Positions 28,722-38,056 of a stretch of DNA of 64,000 bases are shown here, in pieces. The translations under genes and the position numbers were made by a program. The stretch is taken from contig CBDUQI010000006.1 of the NCBI GenBank assembly GCA_965369325.1, forward strand, positions 1,581-65,580. The letters are read 5' to 3'. This DNA comes from an uncultured Gammaproteobacteria bacterium (GTDB lineage: Bacteria; Pseudomonadota; Gammaproteobacteria; Steroidobacterales; JBCBZW01). The notes under the pieces were generated by a model. That model ran no database searches and was not told the origin of the DNA. It saw only the letters and a list, made by a program, of their open reading frames with translations. How positions within the stretch are numbered: the stretch's first letter is position 1; each line of letters opens with the position of its first letter.

Positions 28722-29951
28722 ATGAACACCACCGAGTGGACCACCCTGCTGATCAACGGCCGCCTGGCACGCATGGCCGATTCCACGGCTGACTACGACA
28801 CCGTGGAGACGGGCGCTGTGGCTGTTGCGGGCGAGCATATCGCATGGGTGGGTACGATGGCGCAGCTCCCCACCAAAGCGCTGGAGAGCACACCTGAGGT
28901 GGTGGACTGCCAGGGGCAGCTGGTCAGCCCCGGACTGATCGACTGCCATACCCATATCGTGTACGGCGGCAACCGCGCGCGCGAGTTCGAGATGCGCCTG
29001 AACGGGGCCAGCTACGAGGAGATCGCGCGGGCCGGCGGCGGCATCAACAGCACGGTGCGCGATACCCGTAAGGCGAGCGAGGAGGTGCTTTATGCCCAGG
29101 CAGCATCACGGATTAAACGGCTGATGGGTGAAGGCGTCACCGGCATCGAGATTAAATCGGGTTACGGATTAAGTGCCGTCGATGAGGCCCGTATGCTGAA
29201 GGTCGCGCGGCAACTGGGCAGGGATCTGCCGATAGATGTCTACACCACTTTTCTGGGGGCGCACGCCTTGCCGCCGGAGTACGCCGGCGAGCCGGACAAC
29301 TACATTGATTATCTTTGCGGGACGATGCTGCCACAAGTTGCCGAGCAGGCATTGGCAGACGCGGTAGACGCATTTTGCGAACACATCGGCTTCAGCCCGG
29401 CGCAGGTGCGACGCGTGTTTGAGGCCGCCGCCACGCATCAGCTGCCAGTCAAACTGCACGCTGAGCAACTAAGTAATTTACGCGGCGCCGTGCTGGCCGC
29501 GCGCCATAATGCTCTGTCCGTAGACCACCTGGAGTATCTGGACCCGGAAGATGTTCCGGTGCTCGCTCGCCACGGCACGGTGGCCGTGTTGCTGCCCGGC
29601 GCGTTTTACTGCCTGGGTGAAACCAAGCTTCCGCCAGTGGATGCGTTGCGCCAGCACGCCGTGCCCATCGCACTGGCCACCGACAGCAACCCCGGCAGCT
29701 CCCCGGTCACCTCGCTGCTGCTGATGCTCAGCATGGGTTGTACGCTGTTTGGTCTCACCCCCGCCGAGGCACTGGCCGGAGTCACCCGCAATGGTGCGCG
29801 TGCGTTGGGGGCGTTGGCCCACAGTGGCACACTTGAAGCCGGCAAGCGGGCCAACCTCGCACTGTGGGATGTACAAGAACCTGCTGAACTTGCCTATCGC
29901 GTGGGTGACAACCCGTGCACCGGCGTGATGTACCGGGGCCGCTGGCGATGA
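28722..29951 (+). CDS. hutI: Imidazolonepropionase
   Basis: 'PGLIDCHTH', '[14 protein letters not shown]', 'EIKSGYGL', 'HAEQLS' and '[10 protein letters not shown]'; start at ATG 28722. Confidence 0.95.
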   Translation: MNTTEWTTLLINGRLARMADSTADYDTVETGAVAVAGEHIAWVGTMAQLPTKALESTPEVVDCQGQLVSPGLIDCHTHIVYGGNRAREFEMRLNGASYEEIARAGGGINSTVRDTRKASEEVLYAQAASRIKRLMGEGVTGIEIKSGYGLSAVDEARMLKVARQLGRDLPIDVYTTFLGAHALPPEYAGEPDNYIDYLCGTMLPQVAEQALADAVDAFCEHIGFSPAQVRRVFEAAATHQLPVKLHAEQLSNLRGAVLAARHNALSVDHLEYLDPEDVPVLARHGTVAVLLPGAFYCLGETKLPPVDALRQHAVPIALATDSNPGSSPVTSLLLMLSMGCTLFGLTPAEALAGVTRNGARALGALAHSGTLEAGKRANLALWDVQEPAELAYRVGDNPCTGVMYRGRWR

Positions 29952-30745
29952 ACCGTCCGCCACAACGGCCACCTGTCTCTCGGGCGGACGCGCCCACGAT
30001 CGCACCGCTGATCCGCGACAGCGCGCTACCGGTTTATCAACAGATCAAAACAGCCATCGCGGAGAAAATTCGCGCGGGCACCTGGGCGCCAGGGCACAAG
30101 ATGGATTCGGAAAACGAGTTGGTCGCCACACTACAGGTCAGTCGCATGACCGTGCACCGCGCCCTGCGCGAGTTGCAGCAGGAGGGGCTTTTACGCCGTG
30201 TGCACGGCGTGGGCACATTTGTGGCCGAACCGGTGCGCCATGCCAGCCTGGTCGAACTAAAAGACATCGCGCAAGAAATCCGCGCGCAGGGACGCACCCA
30301 CCAAGCCGACGTGCAGGTGGAAAGCCAAGTGCCGGCCAGCCGTGAAATTGCCGAGCGCCTGGCGCTAACCCCGGGCAGCCCGGTGTTCCATGTGGTGCTG
30401 GTACATCATCAGGACCGCACTCCGATTCAGATCGAAGAGCGCTATGTAAATCCCGCTATGGCGCCCGATTTTTTGTCGGTCGATTTCACCCACACCACAC
30501 CGACAGAATATCTGGTGCAATTGTTCCGCCCGGATGAAATGGAGCACATCGTGCAAGCGACGATGGCTGATGCGCAACAACAGGCGCAACTGGCTATTTC
30601 GCCAGATGAACCTTGCTTGCGTCTGCTACGGCGTACCTGGAAAGCGCAGAGGGTCGTGACCAGCGTCTCACTGCTTTACCCAAGCAGCCGCTACGACCTG
30701 GTGGCCCGTTACACCACCGATGAGTACCGCTCAACCCATCAGTAA
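29948..30745 (+). CDS. hutC: Histidine utilization repressor (GntR HTH + UTRA)
   Basis: 'YQQIK', 'SENEL...[13 protein letters not shown]', 'GVGTFVA' and '[10 protein letters not shown]'; ATGA overlap with hutI. Confidence 0.92.
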   Translation: MNRPPQRPPVSRADAPTIAPLIRDSALPVYQQIKTAIAEKIRAGTWAPGHKMDSENELVATLQVSRMTVHRALRELQQEGLLRRVHGVGTFVAEPVRHASLVELKDIAQEIRAQGRTHQADVQVESQVPASREIAERLALTPGSPVFHVVLVHHQDRTPIQIEERYVNPAMAPDFLSVDFTHTTPTEYLVQLFRPDEMEHIVQATMADAQQQAQLAISPDEPCLRLLRRTWKAQRVVTSVSLLYPSSRYDLVARYTTDEYRSTHQ

Positions 30746-30795
30746 CACTGACAGACGGCCCTCACCGGTCGCTGACCCGACTTTGGAGACAGACG

Positions 30796-32496
30796 ATGAC
30801 CGCCGCCAAAAAACCGAAGACCAACACGCCCACGCGACGGGACACTACGCGCTCTATTTGCGCGCCGCGCGGCAGCAAGCTTAGCTGCCGCAGCTGGCTC
30901 ACCGAGGCGCCGTATCGAATGCTGCAGAACAACCTCGATGCCGAAGTAGCCGAGCGGCCGGAAGATCTGGTGGTGTACGGCGGCATCGGTCGCGCGACAC
31001 GCAACTGGGAGTGCTTTGATCAGATTTGCGAAGCGCTGAAAACACTGCGTGATGATCAGAGTCTGCTGGTGCAATCCGGCAAGCCGGTGGGCGTATTCGA
31101 AACGCATCCAGATGCGCCGCGCGTACTCATCGCTAATTCCAATCTGGTGCACAACTGGGCCACCTGGGAGCACTTTAACGAGTTGGACCGCAAAGGCCTG
31201 ATGATGTACGGGCAGATGACCGCCGGCTCCTGGATCTACATCGGCAGCCAGGGCATCGTGCAGGGCACTTACGAGACGTTCGTCGAAATGGCACGCCAAC
31301 ATTTCGATGGCAGCGCACGTGGCAAATGGATCCTAACCGCGGGACTCGGCGGCATGGGCGGCGCGCAGCCACTGGCCGCGACCATGGCCGGCTTCAGCAT
31401 GTTGGCGATCGAATGCGACGAGACCCGCATCGATTTTCGCTTACGCACCGGCTATGTGGATCACAAGGCGACCGACATCGAAAGCGCAATGAAGATGATT
31501 GATCAGGCGACCGAGGCGGGTCGAGCAATCTCCGTCGGACTACTGGGCAACGCCGCCGAGGTGCTGCCGGCGATGCTCGAGCGCGGCATTCGCCCCGATA
31601 TCGTCACGGATCAAACCTCCGCGCACGATCCGATTAACGGTTACCTACCCTCCGGCTGGACTGTTGAACAGTGGCGGGAGCAGATCGATACCAACCCCAA
31701 AGCGGTGGCCGAGGCGGCATGCGCGTCAATGGCCGTACACGTGCGTGCGATGCTGAAGTTTCACGAGCAGGGCATTCCGACGGTGGACTATGGCAACAAC
31801 ATTCGCCAGCAGGCGCTGGACATGGGCGTCGACAATGCCTTCGACTTCCCGGGCTTCGTCCCGGCGTATATTCGTCCGCTGTTCTGCACCGGTAAGGGTC
31901 CGTTCCGCTGGGTGGCCCTGTCCGGCGACCCGGAAGATATCTATCGCACCGACGCCAAAGTAAAAGAACTGATTCCGCATGATGCGCATCTGCACAACTG
32001 GCTGGACATGGCGCGCGAGCGCATCGCCTTCCAGGGGCTGCCGGCACGCATCTGCTGGGTCGGGCTGGGTGACCGGCATCGCTTGGGACTGGCGTTCAAC
32101 GAGATGGTGCGCACGGGCGAGTTGAAAGCGCCTGTCGTGATCGGTCGCGACCATCTGGACTCAGGCTCTGTCGCCAGCCCCAATCGTGAAACTGAAGCCA
32201 TGCGCGACGGCTCCGACGCGGTAGCCGACTGGCCGCTGCTGAATGCACTGCTGAACACGGCGGGCGGCGCCACCTGGGTATCCATTCATCACGGGGGTGG
32301 CGTTGGCATGGGCTACTCACTGCACTCCGGCGTGGTGATAGTGTGTGATGGCACTGAGCAGGCTGATGCGCGGATCGGGCGTGTGTTATGGAACGATCCT
32401 GCTACTGGCGTGATGCGCCACGCGGACGCCGGCTACGAACTGGCGCAGCAGACTGCGAGGGACAAACACCTCGATCTCCCCGGCATACTGGGCTAG
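30796..32496 (+). CDS. hutU: Urocanate hydratase
   Basis: '[10 protein letters not shown]', '[20 protein letters not shown]', '[18 protein letters not shown]' and 'HHGGGVGMG'. Confidence 0.97.
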   Translation: MTAAKKPKTNTPTRRDTTRSICAPRGSKLSCRSWLTEAPYRMLQNNLDAEVAERPEDLVVYGGIGRATRNWECFDQICEALKTLRDDQSLLVQSGKPVGVFETHPDAPRVLIANSNLVHNWATWEHFNELDRKGLMMYGQMTAGSWIYIGSQGIVQGTYETFVEMARQHFDGSARGKWILTAGLGGMGGAQPLAATMAGFSMLAIECDETRIDFRLRTGYVDHKATDIESAMKMIDQATEAGRAISVGLLGNAAEVLPAMLERGIRPDIVTDQTSAHDPINGYLPSGWTVEQWREQIDTNPKAVAEAACASMAVHVRAMLKFHEQGIPTVDYGNNIRQQALDMGVDNAFDFPGFVPAYIRPLFCTGKGPFRWVALSGDPEDIYRTDAKVKELIPHDAHLHNWLDMARERIAFQGLPARICWVGLGDRHRLGLAFNEMVRTGELKAPVVIGRDHLDSGSVASPNRETEAMRDGSDAVADWPLLNALLNTAGGATWVSIHHGGGVGMGYSLHSGVVIVCDGTEQADARIGRVLWNDPATGVMRHADAGYELAQQTARDKHLDLPGILG

Positions 32497-32508
32497 TCTT
32501 TGCCCCGT

Positions 32509-33138
32509 ATGCGGCTGCTGATTGTTATCTACGGTGTAGTTTTTCTGTGCGCACTTCTGGCCCGCCCGTTCATGGGCGGCGGCTGGATGTGGGATCTGAC
32601 TAACGCGCTGGGTTTTGCGGCGTTCGCCGGCATGCTGTATCTGAATGTGCCGATCAGCGGAAAACGCAATATTCGTCTGCATCAGTTGTGCGGGTACACC
32701 GTGGCGTTAATCGCTATCGCCCACGCGCTTTGGTTTTTGCTCTGGGACACCGCTTCGGTGCAGTACATTAAACCCGGCGCGCCTGCCTACATGTGGAGCG
32801 GTGTTGCCAGCGTGTTGAGCCTATTCCTCGCTATTGCGATCTCGGTCATGCCGACGCGTCGACAGGTGCACAAAAAATACACCTCCTTCAAGTATTGGCA
32901 TCGGGTGCTGGCCGTGTTCGCGGTAGCGACGGGCACGCACCATATTCTCCTGAGCGGATATTATCTGACGCACTGGTATCAGATCGCGCTGGTGCTCGGG
33001 TTAGCCACAGCGATTTGCCTGGGGCGCAACGTCAAACTGGACATTCGCCAAACGGCCACGGCAACACCTACCGCCCTGGTGATCGCAAGCATCTTCGGCG
33101 CGGCGTTGTTTGCGTCAATACGCAATTTCGCGCTATGA
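32509..33138 (+). CDS. Ferric-reductase-like transmembrane (di-heme b) protein
   Basis: About 6 TM helices with paired His residues 'LHQLCG...IAHAL' and 'WHRVLA...THH'; no FAD/NAD domain. Confidence 0.7.
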   Translation: MRLLIVIYGVVFLCALLARPFMGGGWMWDLTNALGFAAFAGMLYLNVPISGKRNIRLHQLCGYTVALIAIAHALWFLLWDTASVQYIKPGAPAYMWSGVASVLSLFLAIAISVMPTRRQVHKKYTSFKYWHRVLAVFAVATGTHHILLSGYYLTHWYQIALVLGLATAICLGRNVKLDIRQTATATPTALVIASIFGAALFASIRNFAL

Positions 33139-33503
33139 AGATTGTGATGGCGCTCGCGTTATTGTGTGTCGCCTGGGTACTGGTCTACGGCACGCCGCTG
33201 CGCGCGGAAAAACCTGAGTTAGGGCATCATTTTGGCAGCGCAAAGCGGATTCTACCGATGACGTTTGCGCACTTCGATCACGGCCAGGTCGGCTGCCTCA
33301 CCTGCCATCACAATTATGTGGACGACACCGGCAACACACAGTGCATGACCTGCCACCTGACCGACCCGAGCGTGCTACCGCTGTTCGAAGAACAATTCCA
33401 CGACCTGTGCCGGGACTGCCACGCAGAGCTTGCGGCAAAGGGCGAGCCCAGCGGCCCGACGCGTCAATGCGTCGCCTGCCATCTGAGCGACGAGCGCCCG
33501 TAG
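33135..33503 (+). CDS. Tetraheme class III (c3-type) cytochrome c
   Basis: Signal/anchor, then 'TFAHFDH', CLTCHH, CMTCH, 'QFH..CRDCH' and CVACH: four CxxCH motifs and four candidate distal His. ATGA overlap with the upstream gene. Confidence 0.85.
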   Translation: MKIVMALALLCVAWVLVYGTPLRAEKPELGHHFGSAKRILPMTFAHFDHGQVGCLTCHHNYVDDTGNTQCMTCHLTDPSVLPLFEEQFHDLCRDCHAELAAKGEPSGPTRQCVACHLSDERP

Positions 33504-33626
33504 ATGCATAGTGAGAAGATTATCTCTTGTGGCAGGCGTTGGCACCTGGGAGATTACACCAATAGAGCGGTCCCAATAGATCCGATATCTGAGAGCAATA
33601 GGGCCAGAGCGACTCGATAACGAATA

Positions 33627-35672
33627 TCATCTGCCTTCGCAATCGTTGGGCATTCCGCTCGGCCCAGGCGACTGAAACATACTTTGTTTCAAAATCGCAA
33701 GATCGCTGAAACCGACGCTGGCATCGCCGCTGAGATCTGCGTCCGCCTCACTAGTAAAAAACACCGATTTCATGACAGCCAGATCAAGGAAATCCACTGT
33801 GCAGTTGTTGTCCAGATCAGCGTCACAGGCGTTGCCAAAGCCGTCACTGTTAGTGTCGCGCTGGTCTGCGTTGGCGACTAACACACAGTTATCAGTTGCA
33901 TCATGCAGCCCATCAGCGTCGGTATCAGCACGCCCGAACACTACATAGGTACGTTGACCGGCATTTGAAGTAAAGCCTTCACCTACCACGACATCCTCAA
34001 TGCCGTCCCCATTCATGTCCCCTGCCGCGCTCACCGCAATACCGAGCATGGAGGACGCATCGCCACCGTTTAGCACAAAACCCGCGCTGCCGTCTCCAGC
34101 GGCCAAGCTCGACAATTCAAACTGCGCCGGGAAGCTAGTCCCGCGTCCTGTGTCAAGTCCATACACCACATAACTCTTGCCTGCCCGTATACGACCACCC
34201 GGGCGTCCGTTCATTGCACCAATGAGAAGATCGCCGACACCATCCCCATTCAGATCCCCGGCCGTGCTCACCGAGTTGCCCGACACTTCACTTGTGTCCA
34301 CACCGTTCAATGTGAAACCTTCACTGGCATCGCCAGTTGCTAAGCTAGATAGGTCGAACTGCGGGGGGAAAGGCCCCGTCTGTACTGTGTTGCGGCCGAA
34401 TACAACATAGCTCTCACCCGCACTCATCCGGCCGGCCGGATCAGCAGAGGGCGCGCCGATGAACATGTCGCCGATCCCGTCACCGTCTATGTCACCTGCG
34501 GCACTCACCGAGAAACCTGACTGATCCATCTCATCAATGCCAGCCAGCACAAAACCCTCGATGCCATCGCCCAAAGCGAGACTCGAAAGATCGATTTCAG
34601 CAGGGAAGTTGCCTGCCTGAGTAGTGTCCCGGCCAAACACAACATAGCTCTTGCCAGCACCAACGGTTGCCACGGGCGCGCCCACCATCAAGTCATCCGT
34701 GCCGTCGCCGTTCACATCTCCGGCAGGGCTGACCGAATAACCGGTTGCATCGAACTCAGCGATTCCTTTTAGAACAAAACCAGAACTACCATCACCTGCT
34801 GCCAGGCTCGACAGCTCGAATTGTGCGGGAAATCCCACCGTGTTCGCGGTATCCCGGCCAAACACTACGTAGCAATCGCCAGCGCCTTGTTCGCCCGCCC
34901 GCTACGCCCCGATGAGAAGATCCCCGACGCCATCGCCGTTGACGTCCCCCGCTGCTTTCACGGACCGCCCTGACTCCCCAGATGTCTCGACACCGTTTAG
35001 GACAAAGCCGTCGCTACCGTCCCCCGTCGCCAGATTCGACAGCTCGAGTTGCGCCGGAAAGTTCCCTACTCTTGCTGTGTCTCGCCCAAACACTACGTAG
35101 CTCGCGCCAACACGAGAGCCGCTGGAGCTCGCCCCCGCCGCGCCAACAATAATGTCTCCAACACCGTCACCGTTGACATCCCCGGCCGTGCTCACCGACC
35201 GCCCCGAACTGTCGTTCGTACCCGCGCCAACCAGCACGAAGCCCGCGCTGCCATCCCCTATCTCTAGGGTTTGCAGCTCGAAGGTAGGAGGGAAGTTGCC
35301 GACTTCCGACGTATTCCGCCCGAATACTACGTAACTCGCACCAACGAAAGGCTCTCCGATAATGAGGTCACCAACTCCGTCGGCGTTCACATCCCCAGCC
35401 GAACTCAATGAAACGGCTGAATGTCCAGCCAGTTCTACTCCGTTCAACACGAACCCCTCGCTTCCGTCACCGGTCGCCAGGCTCGACACCTCAAACTCCG
35501 CCGGAAAAACACTTGCGGCGGCTGGTCCTACCACCACGAGACCAACCGTCAATATTCCCGAGCCCACTGCTGGCCATCCACCTGCGAACGCCCTACTAAC
35601 AGCGCTGGTCAGAAGTGAAGATGGCATGCGGGCGCGCCGAAATCTCGTTGGGTCAATTTTACTTCCAGTCAT
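33627..35672 (-). pseudogene. FG-GAP/integrin-alpha repeat protein with TSP3-dockerin-PGPS tail, interrupted by one in-frame TAG (34902-34904)
   Basis: The two track ORFs (34902-35981 and 33627-34865) are in the same frame. Reading through gives 'GDLLIGA*RAGEQGAGDCYVVFGRD', a normal repeat unit. There are 7 'AGD.NGDG..D' repeats, and ATG 35672 has a GAGGGG RBS. Confidence 0.75.
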
Positions 35673-36014
35673 TTTCCCCTCACATTCATCCTGCTGCATT
35701 GTTGATTTCTCCGCCGTATCAAAGCCCATATCAACTCTGTTGACCGTTGCTGCTTCCAAAAGAACGCCGCTTCGAGAGGGCGCAATTGCGGCGACGCAGC
35801 ATGACGATGCATCGACAGATAGAGAAGCTCGAGCAAGGTCCAGCTCTTCAGAGCAGTCCATCGAAGCAATCAACGGTTCCGTAATTACATAGTGCGGTGA
35901 ATACGAAAAGACTCGCACCCCGTACCAAGAACAATGCTCAACAGAGTTCGATTGAAAATTGTGAGCGCATAAGGCGGTCATGCCATAGCCTCGGGCATGG
36001 GGACGAGTGAGTTA

Positions 36015-37088
36015 CTACGACTGGCGTAGCCGCCCGGCAAGCATCTGCTCAACGCGCGCGGTTACATCGGCCACGCTGATCAGATCCATCGCATCCGGGT
36101 CTCGCACGCGCCGACCCCAGGCAACCTGTTGCACCGATTTACCGAACGCCTTTTGCACCGCGTCCGGATAGCGATCCGCCACCAGATGCTGATAGTGGTA
36201 CGGCCCCGTACGCAAACGATTTGAGGTGGCATACAGGCCAACCACCGGCGTGCCCGCCGCATTGGCCATATGTGCGGGTCCCGAATCCGGGCACAGCACC
36301 ACGGTTGCTTGCATCAATATCGCCATAAGCTGTTTAAGCGTCGTGGCACCGATCAGGTTTTTCACCGAGGCATCCAGCCGTGCGCAAATCTGCTCGCCGT
36401 ACTCTCGCTCCAAATCGCTGGGGCCACCGGTGAGCACAATCCGCGCGCCATACTGGCTCTGCGCATAGGCTGCCACCTCTGCGTAACGCGCTGCCTGCCA
36501 GTTGCGAAAATTGCGTGCACGCTGGCCGCTGCACGGGCTGATCACCAGTGTTGGCGATTTCCGGGCGGTCACCTGTGCGGCAAACGCCAGATCCTGCTCG
36601 GACACAGGAATGTCCCAGCGCGGCGGCCCTGGACTGAGACCCAGTGCGGTAGCGAACCCCATCAAGCCGTCCATCACGTGTTGTTGCTTTGTCGCTTCGA
36701 TGCGTTGGTTGGTAAACAACCACTGAAAATCACGCGCGCGCGCTTTGTCGAACCCCAGTCGAATGCGGGCCGGAATACGCCGGCTGACAAAGTTCGCGCG
36801 CATGGAGGCATGCATGTGCAGCAGCAGTGGGTAGTCGCGCCCCTGCATCGTGCGTGACAATTCGGCCAGCCCCGCGCGACCCGTGGATTTATCGAACACC
36901 ACAAATTCCACGCCGTCGATGTCGCCTACCAGCTGATGTTCAACGCGACCGATCACCCAAGTGATCTGCGTTTGTGGCCAAGCATCTTGTAAGGCGCGCA
37001 GCACCGGAACGGTGTGGCACACATCACCGATTGCTGACAGGCGCAGCAGGCAAAGGTGCGATGGTGGGCGAGAAAACTCCAGCGCCAC
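36015..37088 (-). CDS. Glycosyltransferase family 9 (LPS heptosyltransferase-like)
   Basis: 'LLRLSAIGDVCH', 'NLIGATTLKQL' and 'DSGPAHMANAAGTPVVGLY'; start set at GTG 37088. Confidence 0.88.
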   Translation of the reverse strand: MALEFSRPPSHLCLLRLSAIGDVCHTVPVLRALQDAWPQTQITWVIGRVEHQLVGDIDGVEFVVFDKSTGRAGLAELSRTMQGRDYPLLLHMHASMRANFVSRRIPARIRLGFDKARARDFQWLFTNQRIEATKQQHVMDGLMGFATALGLSPGPPRWDIPVSEQDLAFAAQVTARKSPTLVISPCSGQRARNFRNWQAARYAEVAAYAQSQYGARIVLTGGPSDLEREYGEQICARLDASVKNLIGATTLKQLMAILMQATVVLCPDSGPAHMANAAGTPVVGLYATSNRLRTGPYHYQHLVADRYPDAVQKAFGKSVQQVAWGRRVRDPDAMDLISVADVTARVEQMLAGRLRQS

Positions 37089-37096
37089 GGGCGTGC

Positions 37097-38053
37097 CTAA
37101 TAGCCGCGGTGCATCGAAACCGCCTGCGGCAACTCGCCACTGCGGCGCCACGCGCGGATGTTCCTGGCCACGATGCTTGAGGCGCTTTGCACATCCGTCG
37201 GTGCGGTCACGTGCGGCAACACTGTCACCTTCGGATGTGCCCACATCGGGCTGTCCGCAGGCAGTGGCTCCTCATCAAACACATCCAGCACGGCATGACT
37301 CAAGTGGCCAGAATCCAAATGGGCCAAAAGCGCCTCCGTGTGCACCAGCGGCCCGCGTGCAAAGTTCACCAGCGCCGTCCCCGACCGGCATTGCGCCAGG
37401 GCCGAGGCGTCCAACAGATGGTGTGTGTCGGGGGTAAGCGGCAACAAGCAAAGCACAATATCGCTCCGCTTCAATACCTGAGTCAGACCGTCCGCGCCGC
37501 ACGCGGTCTCAACGTTCGACAGTGTTTTTTGTGAGCGTGCCCAGCCCAACGTGCGAAAGCCTGCACTGGCCAACAACCGCGCGGCCGCGCGGCCAAGCGC
37601 GCCCAGCCCCAGCACCCCAACCGTGCGTTGAGACATGCGCATCACCGGTTGAGGCAGCCATTGGCGGTCACGTTGCTGCGCAGCGTAACGGGGCATATCA
37701 CGATGCAGATACAGGCACCAGGCCAGCGCTGCCTCCGCCATGCTTTGCGACATGTGCGGATCGATCATGCGCACGATAGCCACGTTCGCCAGCGCCGGTT
37801 CGATCACCAGACGCTCGACGCCAGCCCATAAACTCTGCACCCACTTAAGATTGGGTAACTGCCCCAGCAGAGCGGGATCGGGATTGGCGACGATCGCCAG
37901 TTCCACCGACGATGGCGCCAGTCCGTTCGCTGCGAAATCAGCCAGCGGCAGTATTCGCTCGCCGGGATTGGCTGCCGCCAATGCCGCCAGCCATAGCGAG
38001 CGTTCTTGCGGATCGATATCCGCCATAAACGCGATCGGTGAGCTTGCGGTCAC
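37097..38053 (-). CDS. ghrA: Glyoxylate/hydroxypyruvate reductase A-like D-2-hydroxyacid dehydrogenase
   Basis: 'SLWAGVE', 'GVLGLGALG', 'LLPLTPDT', 'NFARG', 'LDVFDEEPLP' and 'PHVTA'. Confidence 0.8.
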   Translation of the reverse strand: MTASSPIAFMADIDPQERSLWLAALAAANPGERILPLADFAANGLAPSSVELAIVANPDPALLGQLPNLKWVQSLWAGVERLVIEPALANVAIVRMIDPHMSQSMAEAALAWCLYLHRDMPRYAAQQRDRQWLPQPVMRMSQRTVGVLGLGALGRAAARLLASAGFRTLGWARSQKTLSNVETACGADGLTQVLKRSDIVLCLLPLTPDTHHLLDASALAQCRSGTALVNFARGPLVHTEALLAHLDSGHLSHAVLDVFDEEPLPADSPMWAHPKVTVLPHVTAPTDVQSASSIVARNIRAWRRSGELPQAVSMHRGY

Positions 38054-38056
38054 CCG

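Noticed and set aside
33555-33605. Three CAATAG motifs between the cytochrome and FG-GAP genes
   Set aside because: They are too short and irregularly spaced to support a function.
33627-35672. Internal DNA repeats suggesting a tandem repeat or array
   Set aside because: They are explained by protein-level FG-GAP repeats with diverged codons.
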